A DNA stretch of 56,982 nt, taken from positions 1-56,982 of the IMG/VR virus record IMGVR_UViG_3300045118_000170; one strand, given 5' to 3'. Source of the DNA: a virus (Duplodnaviria; Caudoviricetes). How positions within the stretch are numbered: the stretch's first letter is position 1; each line of letters begins with the position of its first letter. Both the position numbers and the translations under genes were made by a program. Shown in pieces: positions 8,466 to 17,794 of the stretch. Under the pieces are notes generated by a model, which did not search any database, was not told where the DNA came from, and saw only the letters and a list, made by a program, of their open reading frames with translations.

Positions 8466-9431
8466 ATGCGCCCATTGACTCAAAAAGACGGTGTGCAAAT
8501 CGAGATCACCAATTACTGCATCCACGCCTGTAGCAACTGTACGCGGTTTTGCGGGAGCCACCAACAACACTACTACATGGATTTTGCCTACTTTCAAAAG
8601 GCCGTCGAATCCTTGGAAGGCTACCCACGCATCATTGGGGTAATGGGCGGTGAGCCGCTTCTGCACCCCGAATTTGAGCGGTTTTGCGACTATCTGCTCA
8701 CGAAATTCCCGCGTGAACAATTGGGGTTGTGGTCCACGCTACCGAAGGGTTATGAACAACACCGGGATGTTATTTGTCGTACCTTCGGCAATATTCTCTT
8801 GAATGACCACACCTTGCCGGAGGTCATGCACGCACCGCTCCTGGTCGGCATCGACGAGATCGTGACGGACAAGGCGGCGATGTGGCAGCTCATCGACCAA
8901 TGCTGGGTCCAAAACGCCTGGAGCGCCTCCATTAACCCGAAAGGGGCCTTCTTCTGCGAGGTCGCCGCCGCCCGTGCCATGCTGTTCAACGGAGCGGACG
9001 GGTGGCCGCTTGAAAAGGGTTGGTGGAAGCGGATTCCGGCGTTCTACAAGGAACAGATGGAGGAGCATTGTCCAGGGTGCGGAGGCGCCCTCCTCCTTCC
9101 TTCGCGTACAAGCATGGACGAACGAGACGATGTTTCGCCCAAAAACCTGGAGCGGTTGAAGGGGGTATCAAGGAAAGTGGATCGTGGCGAGTTTGTATTG
9201 TTCGATGTGACCAAGCCGATCCCGGCGGAACCCTCTCACTATCCACCGCAAGAGTACAAGCATGGCCCCTACCGGCAGGATGTTGCTGCCCGTTACGGGA
9301 TTTTCTTGACTGTCAATGCACGCGGGTTCTGGGACCCAAATCTCCGCCACAACTGGAAGGTGGGAGATGCTCCCCTTGAACATCGTGTCACGTTTGACCG
9401 CGTACCGGTCCAATCAGGGTATATGACGTAA
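8466..9431 (+). CDS. Radical SAM enzyme
   Basis: CxxxCxxC 'NYCIHACSNCTRFC', 'MGGEPLLHP', additional C-terminal Cys (SPASM/twitch-like). Confidence 0.9.
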   Translation: MRPLTQKDGVQIEITNYCIHACSNCTRFCGSHQQHYYMDFAYFQKAVESLEGYPRIIGVMGGEPLLHPEFERFCDYLLTKFPREQLGLWSTLPKGYEQHRDVICRTFGNILLNDHTLPEVMHAPLLVGIDEIVTDKAAMWQLIDQCWVQNAWSASINPKGAFFCEVAAARAMLFNGADGWPLEKGWWKRIPAFYKEQMEEHCPGCGGALLLPSRTSMDERDDVSPKNLERLKGVSRKVDRGEFVLFDVTKPIPAEPSHYPPQEYKHGPYRQDVAARYGIFLTVNARGFWDPNLRHNWKVGDAPLEHRVTFDRVPVQSGYMT

Positions 9432-9434
9432 CCC

Positions 9435-10388
9435 ATGCCCGCCAACTTAGCCGACCTCACGACTCGCGTGCAACAGCTTATCGGCAACGATACCTTGTTG
9501 TCGGCGGCGGAGGTGTATAATCTCGCCCAAACCCGCTACGAGCACCTCTACGAGACGTTTCACTTTTCCCGTCGCCACCGCGACTTTACGATCTCGTTGT
9601 TCGCGCAGGTCTCCTCCAACAACTCAACCCTCGTGACGGTCACGAACGGGAACAGCACCGTGACAAGTGCGGGGTCTCCGTTTACGACCAGCGTGGCGAC
9701 AACGGCCCGCCAAATCCAAATCGGGAGTGAGGAGCAATACTTCTTCGTTAACTCGCGGACAAACGATAGCGCCATTGTCCTTGGCGACGGCGAAGCGACC
9801 GCCGTGAATTGGGCCGGGGCGAACGCCTCCAACCAGTCGTGGCGGCTGTTCCAGACGATTTACACGCTTCCGACGACCGCAGGCCCCGTGATCTCGTTAG
9901 CGTGGGATACCCCGATTGAGGAGCTGGATGGGGGGCGCGCCGCACTCGACGAAATTGACCCGGATCGCTCCTCCACCGATGCGACCCCGAAGTTTTGGTG
10001 TTACGCGGGCGTCAACTCCACTAGCGTCCGCGAGATTGAGGTGTGGCCGGTGCCAACCACCGCGAAGGTCCTTCGTGGGCAATTCCTACGCGAAGCGCCG
10101 ACGCTCGCCGCCAACACCACCATCGACATCCCTTATCCTCCCCTGGTGTACTACACCGCCGCTGACGGCTGCCATCTGCTGCACGCCAAGCAAGGGAGTA
10201 CGGAGTCGATGTGGGAAAACAAGGCGTTGTTTTTTGAGCGTAAAGGCCGTGAAGTCATGGCCGACTACATGCCGATTGAAGATGACTTGACCTCACCCGC
10301 TCGGTCGCTTCGACGGGCGTCCTCGAATCCGCTTCGGAGCCTCCGGGGGACGGACTACGAAACCAGTCACGACCTGGACCTCTTGTAA
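9435..10388 (+). CDS. Head-tail adaptor/tail tubular A-like protein
   Basis: 'LADLTTRVQQLIG', 'TPKFWCY', 'IEVWPVP' adaptor-like motifs; position before tail genes. Confidence 0.65.
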   Translation: MPANLADLTTRVQQLIGNDTLLSAAEVYNLAQTRYEHLYETFHFSRRHRDFTISLFAQVSSNNSTLVTVTNGNSTVTSAGSPFTTSVATTARQIQIGSEEQYFFVNSRTNDSAIVLGDGEATAVNWAGANASNQSWRLFQTIYTLPTTAGPVISLAWDTPIEELDGGRAALDEIDPDRSSTDATPKFWCYAGVNSTSVREIEVWPVPTTAKVLRGQFLREAPTLAANTTIDIPYPPLVYYTAADGCHLLHAKQGSTESMWENKALFFERKGREVMADYMPIEDDLTSPARSLRRASSNPLRSLRGTDYETSHDLDLL

Positions 10389-10396
10389 GGGATGCC

Positions 10397-10657
10397 ATGA
10401 CCCATACACCGACACCAACCTTTGATCGAAACAATGGGATGCCGCTCTGGGTCAAATTCGTGTACTGGGTCGGGTTCCCGATTATTGTGGCGTTCTTTTT
10501 CATGTCCAAGGAGATGGGGTGGTTTGTGGACGACGCGACCGCCTATCAACAGCGCCTTGTCTTGGAGCATCGAGATGACACGAAGGAGATGGTCCGCCTC
10601 CTTCGTATTATTTGCGGTCATTCTGGAGGCACGACAACCCAGTGTGGACCTCAGTAG
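10397..10657 (+). CDS. Single-TM membrane protein (holin-like)
   Basis: Hydrophobic 'WVKFVYWVGFPIIVAFFFM' followed by a charged tail. Confidence 0.55.
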   Translation: MTHTPTPTFDRNNGMPLWVKFVYWVGFPIIVAFFFMSKEMGWFVDDATAYQQRLVLEHRDDTKEMVRLLRIICGHSGGTTTQCGPQ

Positions 10658-10671
10658 AAGGAGGATAACCC

Positions 10672-10839
10672 ATGAAATGGACACGACTTTGGCCGACGGT
10701 CGCCAGTATCTTGACGGTATTGGTGGGGGCCTTTGAAGCCCCAATTCAAGAGGCGGTAAAAAGCCACCCGACCGAATCAATGGCGGTAGCGGGCGTCTTA
10801 ATCGTGGTAGCAAACATCCTGAAGTCTCCGCGTGAATAG
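10672..10839 (+). CDS. Two-TM holin candidate (not in ORF track)
   Basis: RBS AAGGAGG; MKWTRLWPTVASILTVLVGAFEAPIQEAVKSHPTESMAVAGVLIVVANILKSPRE. Confidence 0.6.
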   Translation: MKWTRLWPTVASILTVLVGAFEAPIQEAVKSHPTESMAVAGVLIVVANILKSPRE

Positions 10840-10841
10840 CG

Positions 10842-11162
10842 ATGAAACTGCGCCGTTGGTGGGTGCTCGGCTTGATGCTCCTGGCCCTTGGTTGTGGGCA
10901 TCGTCCGTCTTTGCCTTCCCCAGACCAGGAAGCACCCCTTCCCGAATTGACGGTACGGCTTTTGTCCTTTCAAGTGTGTCAAGGACACGAAGTTGGATAT
11001 TGGGCCGTCTATTCCGCACAAGTGCGGGAGATTCACTATTACATGTTGTTTCTCGTCTCGAAAGATAACCTGGCGAGTGAAGAGGACCTAATTTGCCGGG
11101 TTGAATGGAACCAGCGGATTGCGGCATTTGATCCATCCTTAGTCTTTCGTTTTACTTTTTAG
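10842..11162 (+). CDS. Lipoprotein
   Basis: Signal peptide MKLRRWWVLGLMLLALG|C with lipobox. Confidence 0.7.
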   Translation: MKLRRWWVLGLMLLALGCGHRPSLPSPDQEAPLPELTVRLLSFQVCQGHEVGYWAVYSAQVREIHYYMLFLVSKDNLASEEDLICRVEWNQRIAAFDPSLVFRFTF

Positions 11163-11173
11163 CGAGGTCGTCT

Positions 11174-12223
11174 GTGGCCCTTCCAAATTCCGTCAATGCA
11201 GCAACCCCGGCTGGAAGCGACAGCCCCGCCACCATTGACAACCAAATCCGCGACTTCAAGACGTTCGTGGAGGATATTTTCGGCATCCCCGATGCGACAA
11301 ATATCTCCGCCAATGTGATGACCGTTGTAGCTGGGGGTCTTGATAGCATTAACTTCGCCAACTCCGGGGCGAACGCGGGGGTGGCAGGGGAACTGCAACG
11401 AAACGCCGCAAATTTGACGTTCCACGATGGAACTGCCTCCCGGACCATCATCAACAGCAATATTACGACAACGATCACTTCGGTTGGGACGATTACAACC
11501 GGCACCTGGAATGGGACGGCTATCGGCGCGGCGTATGGCGGAACCGGCATCAATTCATCGGGGTCCACCGGCATCCCGTCCGTAGCGGCTGGTACTTGGT
11601 CCATCGGGTCAGGGTTCGCGCTCGCCTCCATTCAAACCTTCACCGCAAACGGGACGTGGACAAAGCCCTCCAACATCTTACGGGTATTTATCACGGTGGT
11701 TGGTGGAGGTGGCGGAGGAGGCTCCTCGTCAGGGTCAGGAAACGGGTCAGGGGGAGGCGGCGGTGGAGGTGGCACGAGCTTCAAACTCGTTGATGTGTCC
11801 GCTATCGCAACGGTGACTGTTACCATTGGTACCGCTGGAGCGGGTGGAGCAGGAGGCGGCGGTGGGGGCGGAGGCACCACCTCGTTCGGGACGCATGTTT
11901 CGGCTACAGGAGGTAGTGGCGGTACGCAGGGAGGTGGAGGGACGGCAGGGGACGGAGGAGCCGCTGGATGGGGGTTCTCCGGCGACTTCAACATTGAAGG
12001 GGCAGATGGGTCTGTCGGAACAAGTGACGCGGCTGGAGGGCAAGGAGGGCACGGAGGAAGTTCGTACTTTGGAGGGGGCGGGAAGGGCGCATCTGTCGCT
12101 GCGCAAGCCGGGGTCGCTGGCAATGCGTATGGTGGAGGCGGAGGCGGTGCGGGGGGAGCCGGAGCGGCTGCGAACGGCGGGGCTGGAGCCGCCGGTTTTG
12201 TTCTCGTAATGGAGTACCGTTAA
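11174..12223 (+). CDS. Tail fiber protein with glycine-rich C-terminal domain
   Basis: N-terminal attachment motif 'DNQIRDFK', 'VGTITTGTWNGTAI', 'QTFTANGTWTKP..VVGGGGGGG..GFVLVMEY'. Confidence 0.8.
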   Translation: MALPNSVNAATPAGSDSPATIDNQIRDFKTFVEDIFGIPDATNISANVMTVVAGGLDSINFANSGANAGVAGELQRNAANLTFHDGTASRTIINSNITTTITSVGTITTGTWNGTAIGAAYGGTGINSSGSTGIPSVAAGTWSIGSGFALASIQTFTANGTWTKPSNILRVFITVVGGGGGGGSSSGSGNGSGGGGGGGGTSFKLVDVSAIATVTVTIGTAGAGGAGGGGGGGGTTSFGTHVSATGGSGGTQGGGGTAGDGGAAGWGFSGDFNIEGADGSVGTSDAAGGQGGHGGSSYFGGGGKGASVAAQAGVAGNAYGGGGGGAGGAGAAANGGAGAAGFVLVMEYR

Positions 12224-12621
12224 TGTACGCCCTCATTGCTAGAGCCTGTGTGGTGCAACTCAGTGAACAACCGTTTGAGGTCGCCCCGACCTTGACGTGG
12301 GTCGATCTCACATCCGTCTCCCCTCAACCGAACGTGGGGTGGACGTATGTAAGCGGGGTCTGGACGGCCCCTCCGACCCCGGTGGCTGCTCCTGATTCCG
12401 GCGGCTTATTGGAGGCCGTCAAAACCCTGCTAGGGCAAGGCGGAGTTCGCGCCCTCCTCAAAAAGTACCCAGACGCGATCTATGCAATTCAAGCGGCGAA
12501 CTGGCCGTGGGTCCAACAAGCCATTCTGGATGCCCGTGCAGCCAACGACCTATCCGCCGCTCAATACGCTCAACTCCAACAAGCGGTGGCAACTTATCGT
12601 ATTCCGATTACGCTGCCGTAA
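12223..12621 (+). CDS. Tail fiber assembly/chaperone-like protein
   Basis: 'MYALI..FEVAP.LTWVD..PNVGWTY..GVWTAP' directly after the fiber gene. Confidence 0.65.
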   Translation: MYALIARACVVQLSEQPFEVAPTLTWVDLTSVSPQPNVGWTYVSGVWTAPPTPVAAPDSGGLLEAVKTLLGQGGVRALLKKYPDAIYAIQAANWPWVQQAILDARAANDLSAAQYAQLQQAVATYRIPITLP

Positions 12622-12630
12622 AGGAAACGT

Positions 12631-14184
12631 ATGCCGCGTGGCTCGACTGCTTACGTCCTCCGCCCAGACCCAGGGGGCGTGCGAGAGGACCTCAACCCAA
12701 TTACCATCCCGGATGGGTGGCTCCTGGCCTCCTCCAACTGGATGACACGGCGCGGAGTGGGTGTCCCTCGCCCCGGCTATACACAAGCGGGATCGCAGGT
12801 CGCTGCCGCAGATCGGATTGTTGGGATTGGGTATCGAACCGGCTCGCTGGATACGACGGGGATCGTCATTCATACCCTTTCCGCCGCCTATTCCTGGAAT
12901 GGGACGACGTTGACCGCGATTACCGGAACTTGGGCTGCCGACAATGATAATAATTACGATGTGGTGCGGATGGTCCCGTTTCGGAGCGGTGGGACCCTCT
13001 ACCTCCTCCGCGTCAACCCAGACAATGACGTTGAAACATGGGACGGGTCGAGTTCGGCGTTTGCCAATATCGGATCGAATGAGCCAACCGGCACGGACCT
13101 TTTTGTACTTGGAAATCGGGTTGTTGTCGTCTACGCAGACGGAGACCAGCATGCTGTTCAATGGTCCAACTTTAATGATGTCTCGGTCTGGACCGCCGCC
13201 GATATTACCCGCCTCATTGACACCTCCGGCAAACTCGTGGCGGGACGGGCCATCACTCCTTTGACGGGGGCGATCTACAAAAGTGACGGTGTATATCTAG
13301 CGACAGTTCAAGCCTCACGAACGCCGTTCCAATTCCAGTTTGTCGGGTCTGTGCCCGGCCCCCTTTCTCCTGCGTGCCTTGTCACATCCCGTGGCGTCCA
13401 CTATTGGTTGGCGGAAGATTTCGTCCTCTACTCGTTTGACGGGAGCCGGATTCAACCCGTTTCCTCGGCTCTCGCCAGTACCCTCTTCGATTCACTGGAC
13501 ATGACGAAGCGGCACCAAACGCACGGATGCGTGCTCGCCCAGGATGCGGGCGAATTGTGGTTTTTCTATGCGGATGCCGACAACGCCGGAGCCATGACGA
13601 AGGCGGTCTCCTTTAATCTTGCGACACAGGCGTTCAACCCCCATACGCTCGCCCACCAAATGTCGGCCTCCTCCTCCTGGATCAAGCAGGCCACGATCTC
13701 GATTGATGGACTGACCGCGTACTCATCAACCATCGACGGGCTTTCTTCGCACTTTGCAACGATTGACAGCATGGTGTCGAGTGGTGGGTCGGCCACGGCC
13801 CTCCTTGGTGCGACCAACGGGAACTTCTACCAATTCGGGCTCGCGGCAGACGATAATGGGACCGCGATTAGTTGGTCGTTTACACACCCTCCCAAGGCAG
13901 TTGCAGGACTTGAAAAGCGGGTCCAAATGGACGGTATTACCTCGTACTGGGAACTAACCACCGTGAGTACGCCTGTCACGTTGACCGTTACCATGTCGGA
14001 CGACTTGGGTGACGATGAGGCCTCGACGACGGGTTCCTTCAACACCGCGACGGAATCGAACCACCTCACAAACTTTTCTGGACGCGGAAAATGGGTGAAA
14101 GTCCAACATAGCGCGTCGTCCGCGTCTCTGCAACTCGCCCATCGAGGCGCGGCCATTCTTGGGTGGCCGAGGAGCATGGTCTAA
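12631..14184 (+). CDS. Tail nozzle / DNA stabilization protein (P22 gp10/tubular B-like)
   Basis: 517 aa beta-propeller-like; 'VQWSNFND..W', 'YWLAED..YSFDGS..QPVS', 'ELWFFY'. Confidence 0.7.
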   Translation: MPRGSTAYVLRPDPGGVREDLNPITIPDGWLLASSNWMTRRGVGVPRPGYTQAGSQVAAADRIVGIGYRTGSLDTTGIVIHTLSAAYSWNGTTLTAITGTWAADNDNNYDVVRMVPFRSGGTLYLLRVNPDNDVETWDGSSSAFANIGSNEPTGTDLFVLGNRVVVVYADGDQHAVQWSNFNDVSVWTAADITRLIDTSGKLVAGRAITPLTGAIYKSDGVYLATVQASRTPFQFQFVGSVPGPLSPACLVTSRGVHYWLAEDFVLYSFDGSRIQPVSSALASTLFDSLDMTKRHQTHGCVLAQDAGELWFFYADADNAGAMTKAVSFNLATQAFNPHTLAHQMSASSSWIKQATISIDGLTAYSSTIDGLSSHFATIDSMVSSGGSATALLGATNGNFYQFGLAADDNGTAISWSFTHPPKAVAGLEKRVQMDGITSYWELTTVSTPVTLTVTMSDDLGDDEASTTGSFNTATESNHLTNFSGRGKWVKVQHSASSASLQLAHRGAAILGWPRSMV

Positions 14185-14187
14185 ACG

Positions 14188-14607
14188 ATGCCGGACCTTC
14201 CGCAAAGCATCATTCTCCCATCGGCTGAGGCCTTGGACATGCCGCCGACGTTCCATACGTGGGCGCGGCAAATGATTTCTGCGTGGGGCTGGAGTTGGAA
14301 CCTGATGGTCCAAACCTTAAATGGGCTGTCGAAGGTCGATACAGAGGCGAATCGGCCCACGAACCCGGACCTGGACCACGTCTTCTATACCGCCAACAAC
14401 GGAGAACAACGGACCTATGTCGGTGTCGATGGAGCCTGGCAAGGGATTCGCCCTACCTTGCAAGTGGTTACGACTGCCAACTTACCAGCGGCCAACGCCA
14501 GCCGTGACGGGGCTACACTCATTGAACAAGCCGGTGCCAATGACCACAACATTATCATTTATGCAGGTGGGAATCGGTATCGCATCGACGGAGGCGCCGC
14601 CTTCTAA
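14188..14607 (+). CDS. Putative tail protein
   Basis: Follows the nozzle gene; structural-type composition. Confidence 0.55.
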   Translation: MPDLPQSIILPSAEALDMPPTFHTWARQMISAWGWSWNLMVQTLNGLSKVDTEANRPTNPDLDHVFYTANNGEQRTYVGVDGAWQGIRPTLQVVTTANLPAANASRDGATLIEQAGANDHNIIIYAGGNRYRIDGGAAF

Positions 14608-14870
14608 TGGACCTGTTGTTAATTGAGTGGGTCGATGCTCACTCCGGTAAGGGGTGGCAGGAACTCGAAGATATGCGTGAGCGCAATGGCCCGCTCCATT
14701 GCCGTTCAGTAGGCTGGTTGATCTCCCAAAATCAGGAATATGTGACCATTGCGGCCCACCTGTCCGGCGAACGGAATGAGAACGTGGTCATCTGCGGATG
14801 CGGAGACCTCGCCATTCCTCGCCGCTGTATCGTGACGATCAAGGTCCTCCACAAAGGACGGAAAAGTTGA
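14607..14870 (+). CDS. Small phage protein, 'IEW.DA..W..SVGWL..IP..CI' family
   Basis: Widespread small beta-barrel phage protein pattern. Confidence 0.7.
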   Translation: MDLLLIEWVDAHSGKGWQELEDMRERNGPLHCRSVGWLISQNQEYVTIAAHLSGERNENVVICGCGDLAIPRRCIVTIKVLHKGRKS

Positions 14871-14895
14871 CAAGTTCACTCAACTATGCTAGTTT
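14867..14895 (+). promoter_or_regulatory. Sigma70-like promoter upstream of the ejection-protein module
   Basis: TTGACA-17nt-TAGTTT, then AAAGGAG RBS and ATG 14911. Confidence 0.55.
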
Positions 14896-14910
14896 TACAA
14901 AGGAGCCAAC

Positions 14911-15429
14911 ATGGGTGAGGTCGCTTCGTTCGACGAACTAGGACGGCGCATTTCTGAAGGGACACGCCTCGTCGCCCTCCACCGTGATGTCCCTGGTTCG
15001 ACGATCCTCCTGGAACAGACCCTTGAACGCATCCAGGCGTTTAGCCGCCAGTTGGGGCAAGACCCTGCCACGCTCTCCAATGCGGTTTGGACCCTCTATG
15101 CACAAGGGAGCCCCCTCCTCGGTCTCTGGCTTGCTCGCACCGGACATGGGACCGTCGTCGGCCATGCCGTTGGGATGATCGAGCAATTTGAGGGACGCTG
15201 GGTGTTCTGGATCAACCAAGTCCAAATGGATGAAACAGCAGGCTCCCCTCTCGTCCAACACTTCTTAACGACCATCGACAACTTTGTGCTTAACTTTAAT
15301 CAACAGGTGAAGTCGAATGGGGTGGTCGTCCGCGATATTTTCATGCGCTCAAAACGCACCACGGAGGCGTGGGCTCGTCACGCTGGGTTTGAGGAATATG
15401 CCACGATTCGACGGCGAGAAGTGAGGTAA
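14911..15429 (+). CDS. Putative GNAT-fold protein preceding internal virion proteins
   Basis: 'VVGHAVG..WVFWINQV..AWARHAGF'; position like T7 gp13/P22 gp14. Confidence 0.45.
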   Translation: MGEVASFDELGRRISEGTRLVALHRDVPGSTILLEQTLERIQAFSRQLGQDPATLSNAVWTLYAQGSPLLGLWLARTGHGTVVGHAVGMIEQFEGRWVFWINQVQMDETAGSPLVQHFLTTIDNFVLNFNQQVKSNGVVVRDIFMRSKRTTEAWARHAGFEEYATIRRREVR

Positions 15430-15431
15430 AC

Positions 15432-16208
15432 ATGGGCGGCGGCGGAGGCGACACACGGACGACGGGTACAAATGATTACCCACCGGAGTTTCGGCCACTG
15501 GCAGCAGCGGCAGCCGGGCAAATCAAAGACTTCCAAGGGTTGTTACCGCTCTCCCACTTTGCGGCGTCCCACCCGCAACAGACCGCTGGGATTTCTCCGT
15601 TTCAACAAGCTGGGATGGGGCTCATTCCAAGTCTGTTAAACCCGCTTCCGGCCCTGCACCAACTTCGGGGCTACGGGCAACCGATCAATCTAGCAGCCGC
15701 ACAAGCCTTCGATATGGGTCAACGTACACCGAGCGCTCAAGCCGCCCTCCATTCCCTTGCTAATAGCGGACGGGTCCCCTCCTACGCGACGATGCTCCCG
15801 TCCGGCTCTCCCTCATTCCTGTTTCGAGGAGCCCTTCCATCGCCGGTGACGAGTTCCCAGTCGCTCATTCCTGGCATGACGCAGGGAGATGTCGATACCC
15901 TGCAGGGGCACCTTGCTCGTTCCATTTCAGCAGGAAGCCCGGTACTTGGACCCACACTCCCGTCACCGGATGTCCTCACCACGCTGACACAGGCGATTCT
16001 CACCACGCTGCCGGATACGGTGAAAAACCCATCCCCAGCTTCTACGCGACCACCCATTGATTATGTCGTCAGGCGTGATTTAATTGATGCTCCAGGTCAA
16101 TACGGTTACTACGCATCGGATTCAGGGGGGAACTTCTTGAGCCCGCTGCAATTCTTTTCTCAAGCCGATTTCGACGCGATGCCAACTCCGCCTCAAATTG
16201 TGGTCTAG
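15432..16208 (+). CDS. Putative ejection/internal virion protein
   Basis: MGGGGG N-terminus, 'P..RP', 'AGISPFQQAG' typical of podovirus pilot proteins. Confidence 0.6.
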   Translation: MGGGGGDTRTTGTNDYPPEFRPLAAAAAGQIKDFQGLLPLSHFAASHPQQTAGISPFQQAGMGLIPSLLNPLPALHQLRGYGQPINLAAAQAFDMGQRTPSAQAALHSLANSGRVPSYATMLPSGSPSFLFRGALPSPVTSSQSLIPGMTQGDVDTLQGHLARSISAGSPVLGPTLPSPDVLTTLTQAILTTLPDTVKNPSPASTRPPIDYVVRRDLIDAPGQYGYYASDSGGNFLSPLQFFSQADFDAMPTPPQIVV

Positions 16209-16223
16209 AAGGAGCGCTGGATT

Positions 16224-16934
16224 ATGCCGGATGTGTTTGGAAACCCCACAATTTCAGATGTCGGCTACGCGGCCTACAACGGCGCACAAACGGTTCTCCC
16301 GCAAGCACAGGCCGGTCTCCTCCCCTTTACGACCGGGAATCTGGGAGATAGCCCTCTCACACGGGCTGCGATTGAGGCGTTCAAGATCAACGCGCTCCCC
16401 GTCATCCAACACCAGTTTGCGTTGCAGGGGCTTGGACAGTCTCCGGCGCTTGGAGTCGCAGTCGGGGACGCCCTCGCATCGGCGATGCCTGCCTTTATCC
16501 AGAACGACCTCGCCAACCGTTTGACCGCTTCTCAAGCACTTCAACAGAGGGGCCTCACCCAACAGCAACTTGGTGGGCAGTTTCTTGGACAAGGTGAACA
16601 ATTAGGACAAAATGCCGCGCAACTGATTGCGAACATTGGGAATCAAGAGGCGATGCGGCAGCTAGAAGCGTCCAAGGTTGCAGGACAGCTTGTCCTCGGT
16701 TACGGTCTCCCAATGACACAGCTTGAACAATCCCAGGTCCAAAATGCATTAGGCGCTTTTACTGGAGCGGGGCAACTTCAACGCGGCGTCGTCCAGGAAC
16801 AACTGGAGTCGGAATACATGGACTACCTCCGTCAACAGGGGTTGGCCGAACAAACCACGACGGGGCTCTTTGGCGGGTCGATGCTGCCTCCGACGCTGCA
16901 ACAGCAATCGAGGAGCGTCACGGACGGTAAGTAG
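16224..16934 (+). CDS. Putative ejection/internal virion protein
   Basis: Gln/Ala/Gly-rich, 'GQLQRGVVQEQL'. Confidence 0.6.
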   Translation: MPDVFGNPTISDVGYAAYNGAQTVLPQAQAGLLPFTTGNLGDSPLTRAAIEAFKINALPVIQHQFALQGLGQSPALGVAVGDALASAMPAFIQNDLANRLTASQALQQRGLTQQQLGGQFLGQGEQLGQNAAQLIANIGNQEAMRQLEASKVAGQLVLGYGLPMTQLEQSQVQNALGAFTGAGQLQRGVVQEQLESEYMDYLRQQGLAEQTTTGLFGGSMLPPTLQQQSRSVTDGK

Positions 16935-16942
16935 GGGGCGCA

Positions 16943-17791
16943 ATGGGTGGTGGAACATACGGCTCGTTAGCGGGTTCAATCATCGGGGGAGCGATTGGCG
17001 CTCCTTTTGGCTTGGCCCCAGTCGGGGCAGCCATCGGTGGAGCCGTTGGAGGCACGACAGGGAGCGTCATCGAAGGACAGCCGCCTGAACGAGTGGCCCT
17101 GTCCGGCGGGCTTGGCGGGGTGGGTGGCTATGGATTGGGAAGTGGTGCAGAGGCGCTCTCGGCGGCGTTAGCTGATAAAGCGGCAACTACCGGCACAAAG
17201 GTCGCGATTGAGGAGGGAACAAAGGCCGCTCTTGAACAGGAGGCGGAACAGGGAGCGCAACAGGGGGCGCAACAGGGCCTTCTCGTTCAACAGGACCCAG
17301 CGGTGTTGGACATGATCAATCGAGAAGCCGCCAACGCTTACTTAAACCCGGCCAGCGCGTACTTCTGGAGCCCTGCCGACGCTTACTTACAAGGCTCAAT
17401 TGGCTTACTCCCTTCCAGTTCACCTCTTCCGTCTGGACTTGGGCCAACTGGACCCGTCGATCAAATCTCCCGCTTCACGTCCTCGTTTGATCCTACAGCA
17501 GCCGCATCTGCCTCCGCCAACACCGCCGCCAGCCCCGGCGACACATTCGACTGGCTCCCCGATTTCTCGAAGTGGACCCCCGCCGACAAAGCGATGGGAG
17601 CAATGGCGCTGGGATCAGGAGCGTCCGCGATTGGCGGCGCGTTGCGTGGACAACAGACGCCACGAGCTTCTCCCCTTCCACAAGTTGGAGGCAGCCCCTA
17701 TCGAGGACCGACAGCAGACAGCGCCCTCCAATCCTGGCAAGCGTTTATGGCCCGTCGCCATCAACAACCGCTTGGACGCTTTGTAGGATAA
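16943..17791 (+). CDS. Putative ejection protein with Gly-zipper membrane segment
   Basis: GxxxG repeats at the N-terminus. Confidence 0.6.
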   Translation: MGGGTYGSLAGSIIGGAIGAPFGLAPVGAAIGGAVGGTTGSVIEGQPPERVALSGGLGGVGGYGLGSGAEALSAALADKAATTGTKVAIEEGTKAALEQEAEQGAQQGAQQGLLVQQDPAVLDMINREAANAYLNPASAYFWSPADAYLQGSIGLLPSSSPLPSGLGPTGPVDQISRFTSSFDPTAAASASANTAASPGDTFDWLPDFSKWTPADKAMGAMALGSGASAIGGALRGQQTPRASPLPQVGGSPYRGPTADSALQSWQAFMARRHQQPLGRFVG

Positions 17792-17794
17792 CCG

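Noticed and set aside
5154-9431. DNA hypermodification or 7-deazaguanine/Z-base pathway
   Set aside because: No recognisable thymidylate-synthase-like, TET/JBP, DpdA, QueC/QueD/FolE or PurZ genes, and the cluster lies in the head operon; less likely than virion modification but not excluded
11690-12200. GGN repeats as a DNA repeat element or DGR target
   Set aside because: Explained by the glycine-rich fiber domain; no reverse transcriptase or template/variable repeat pair seen
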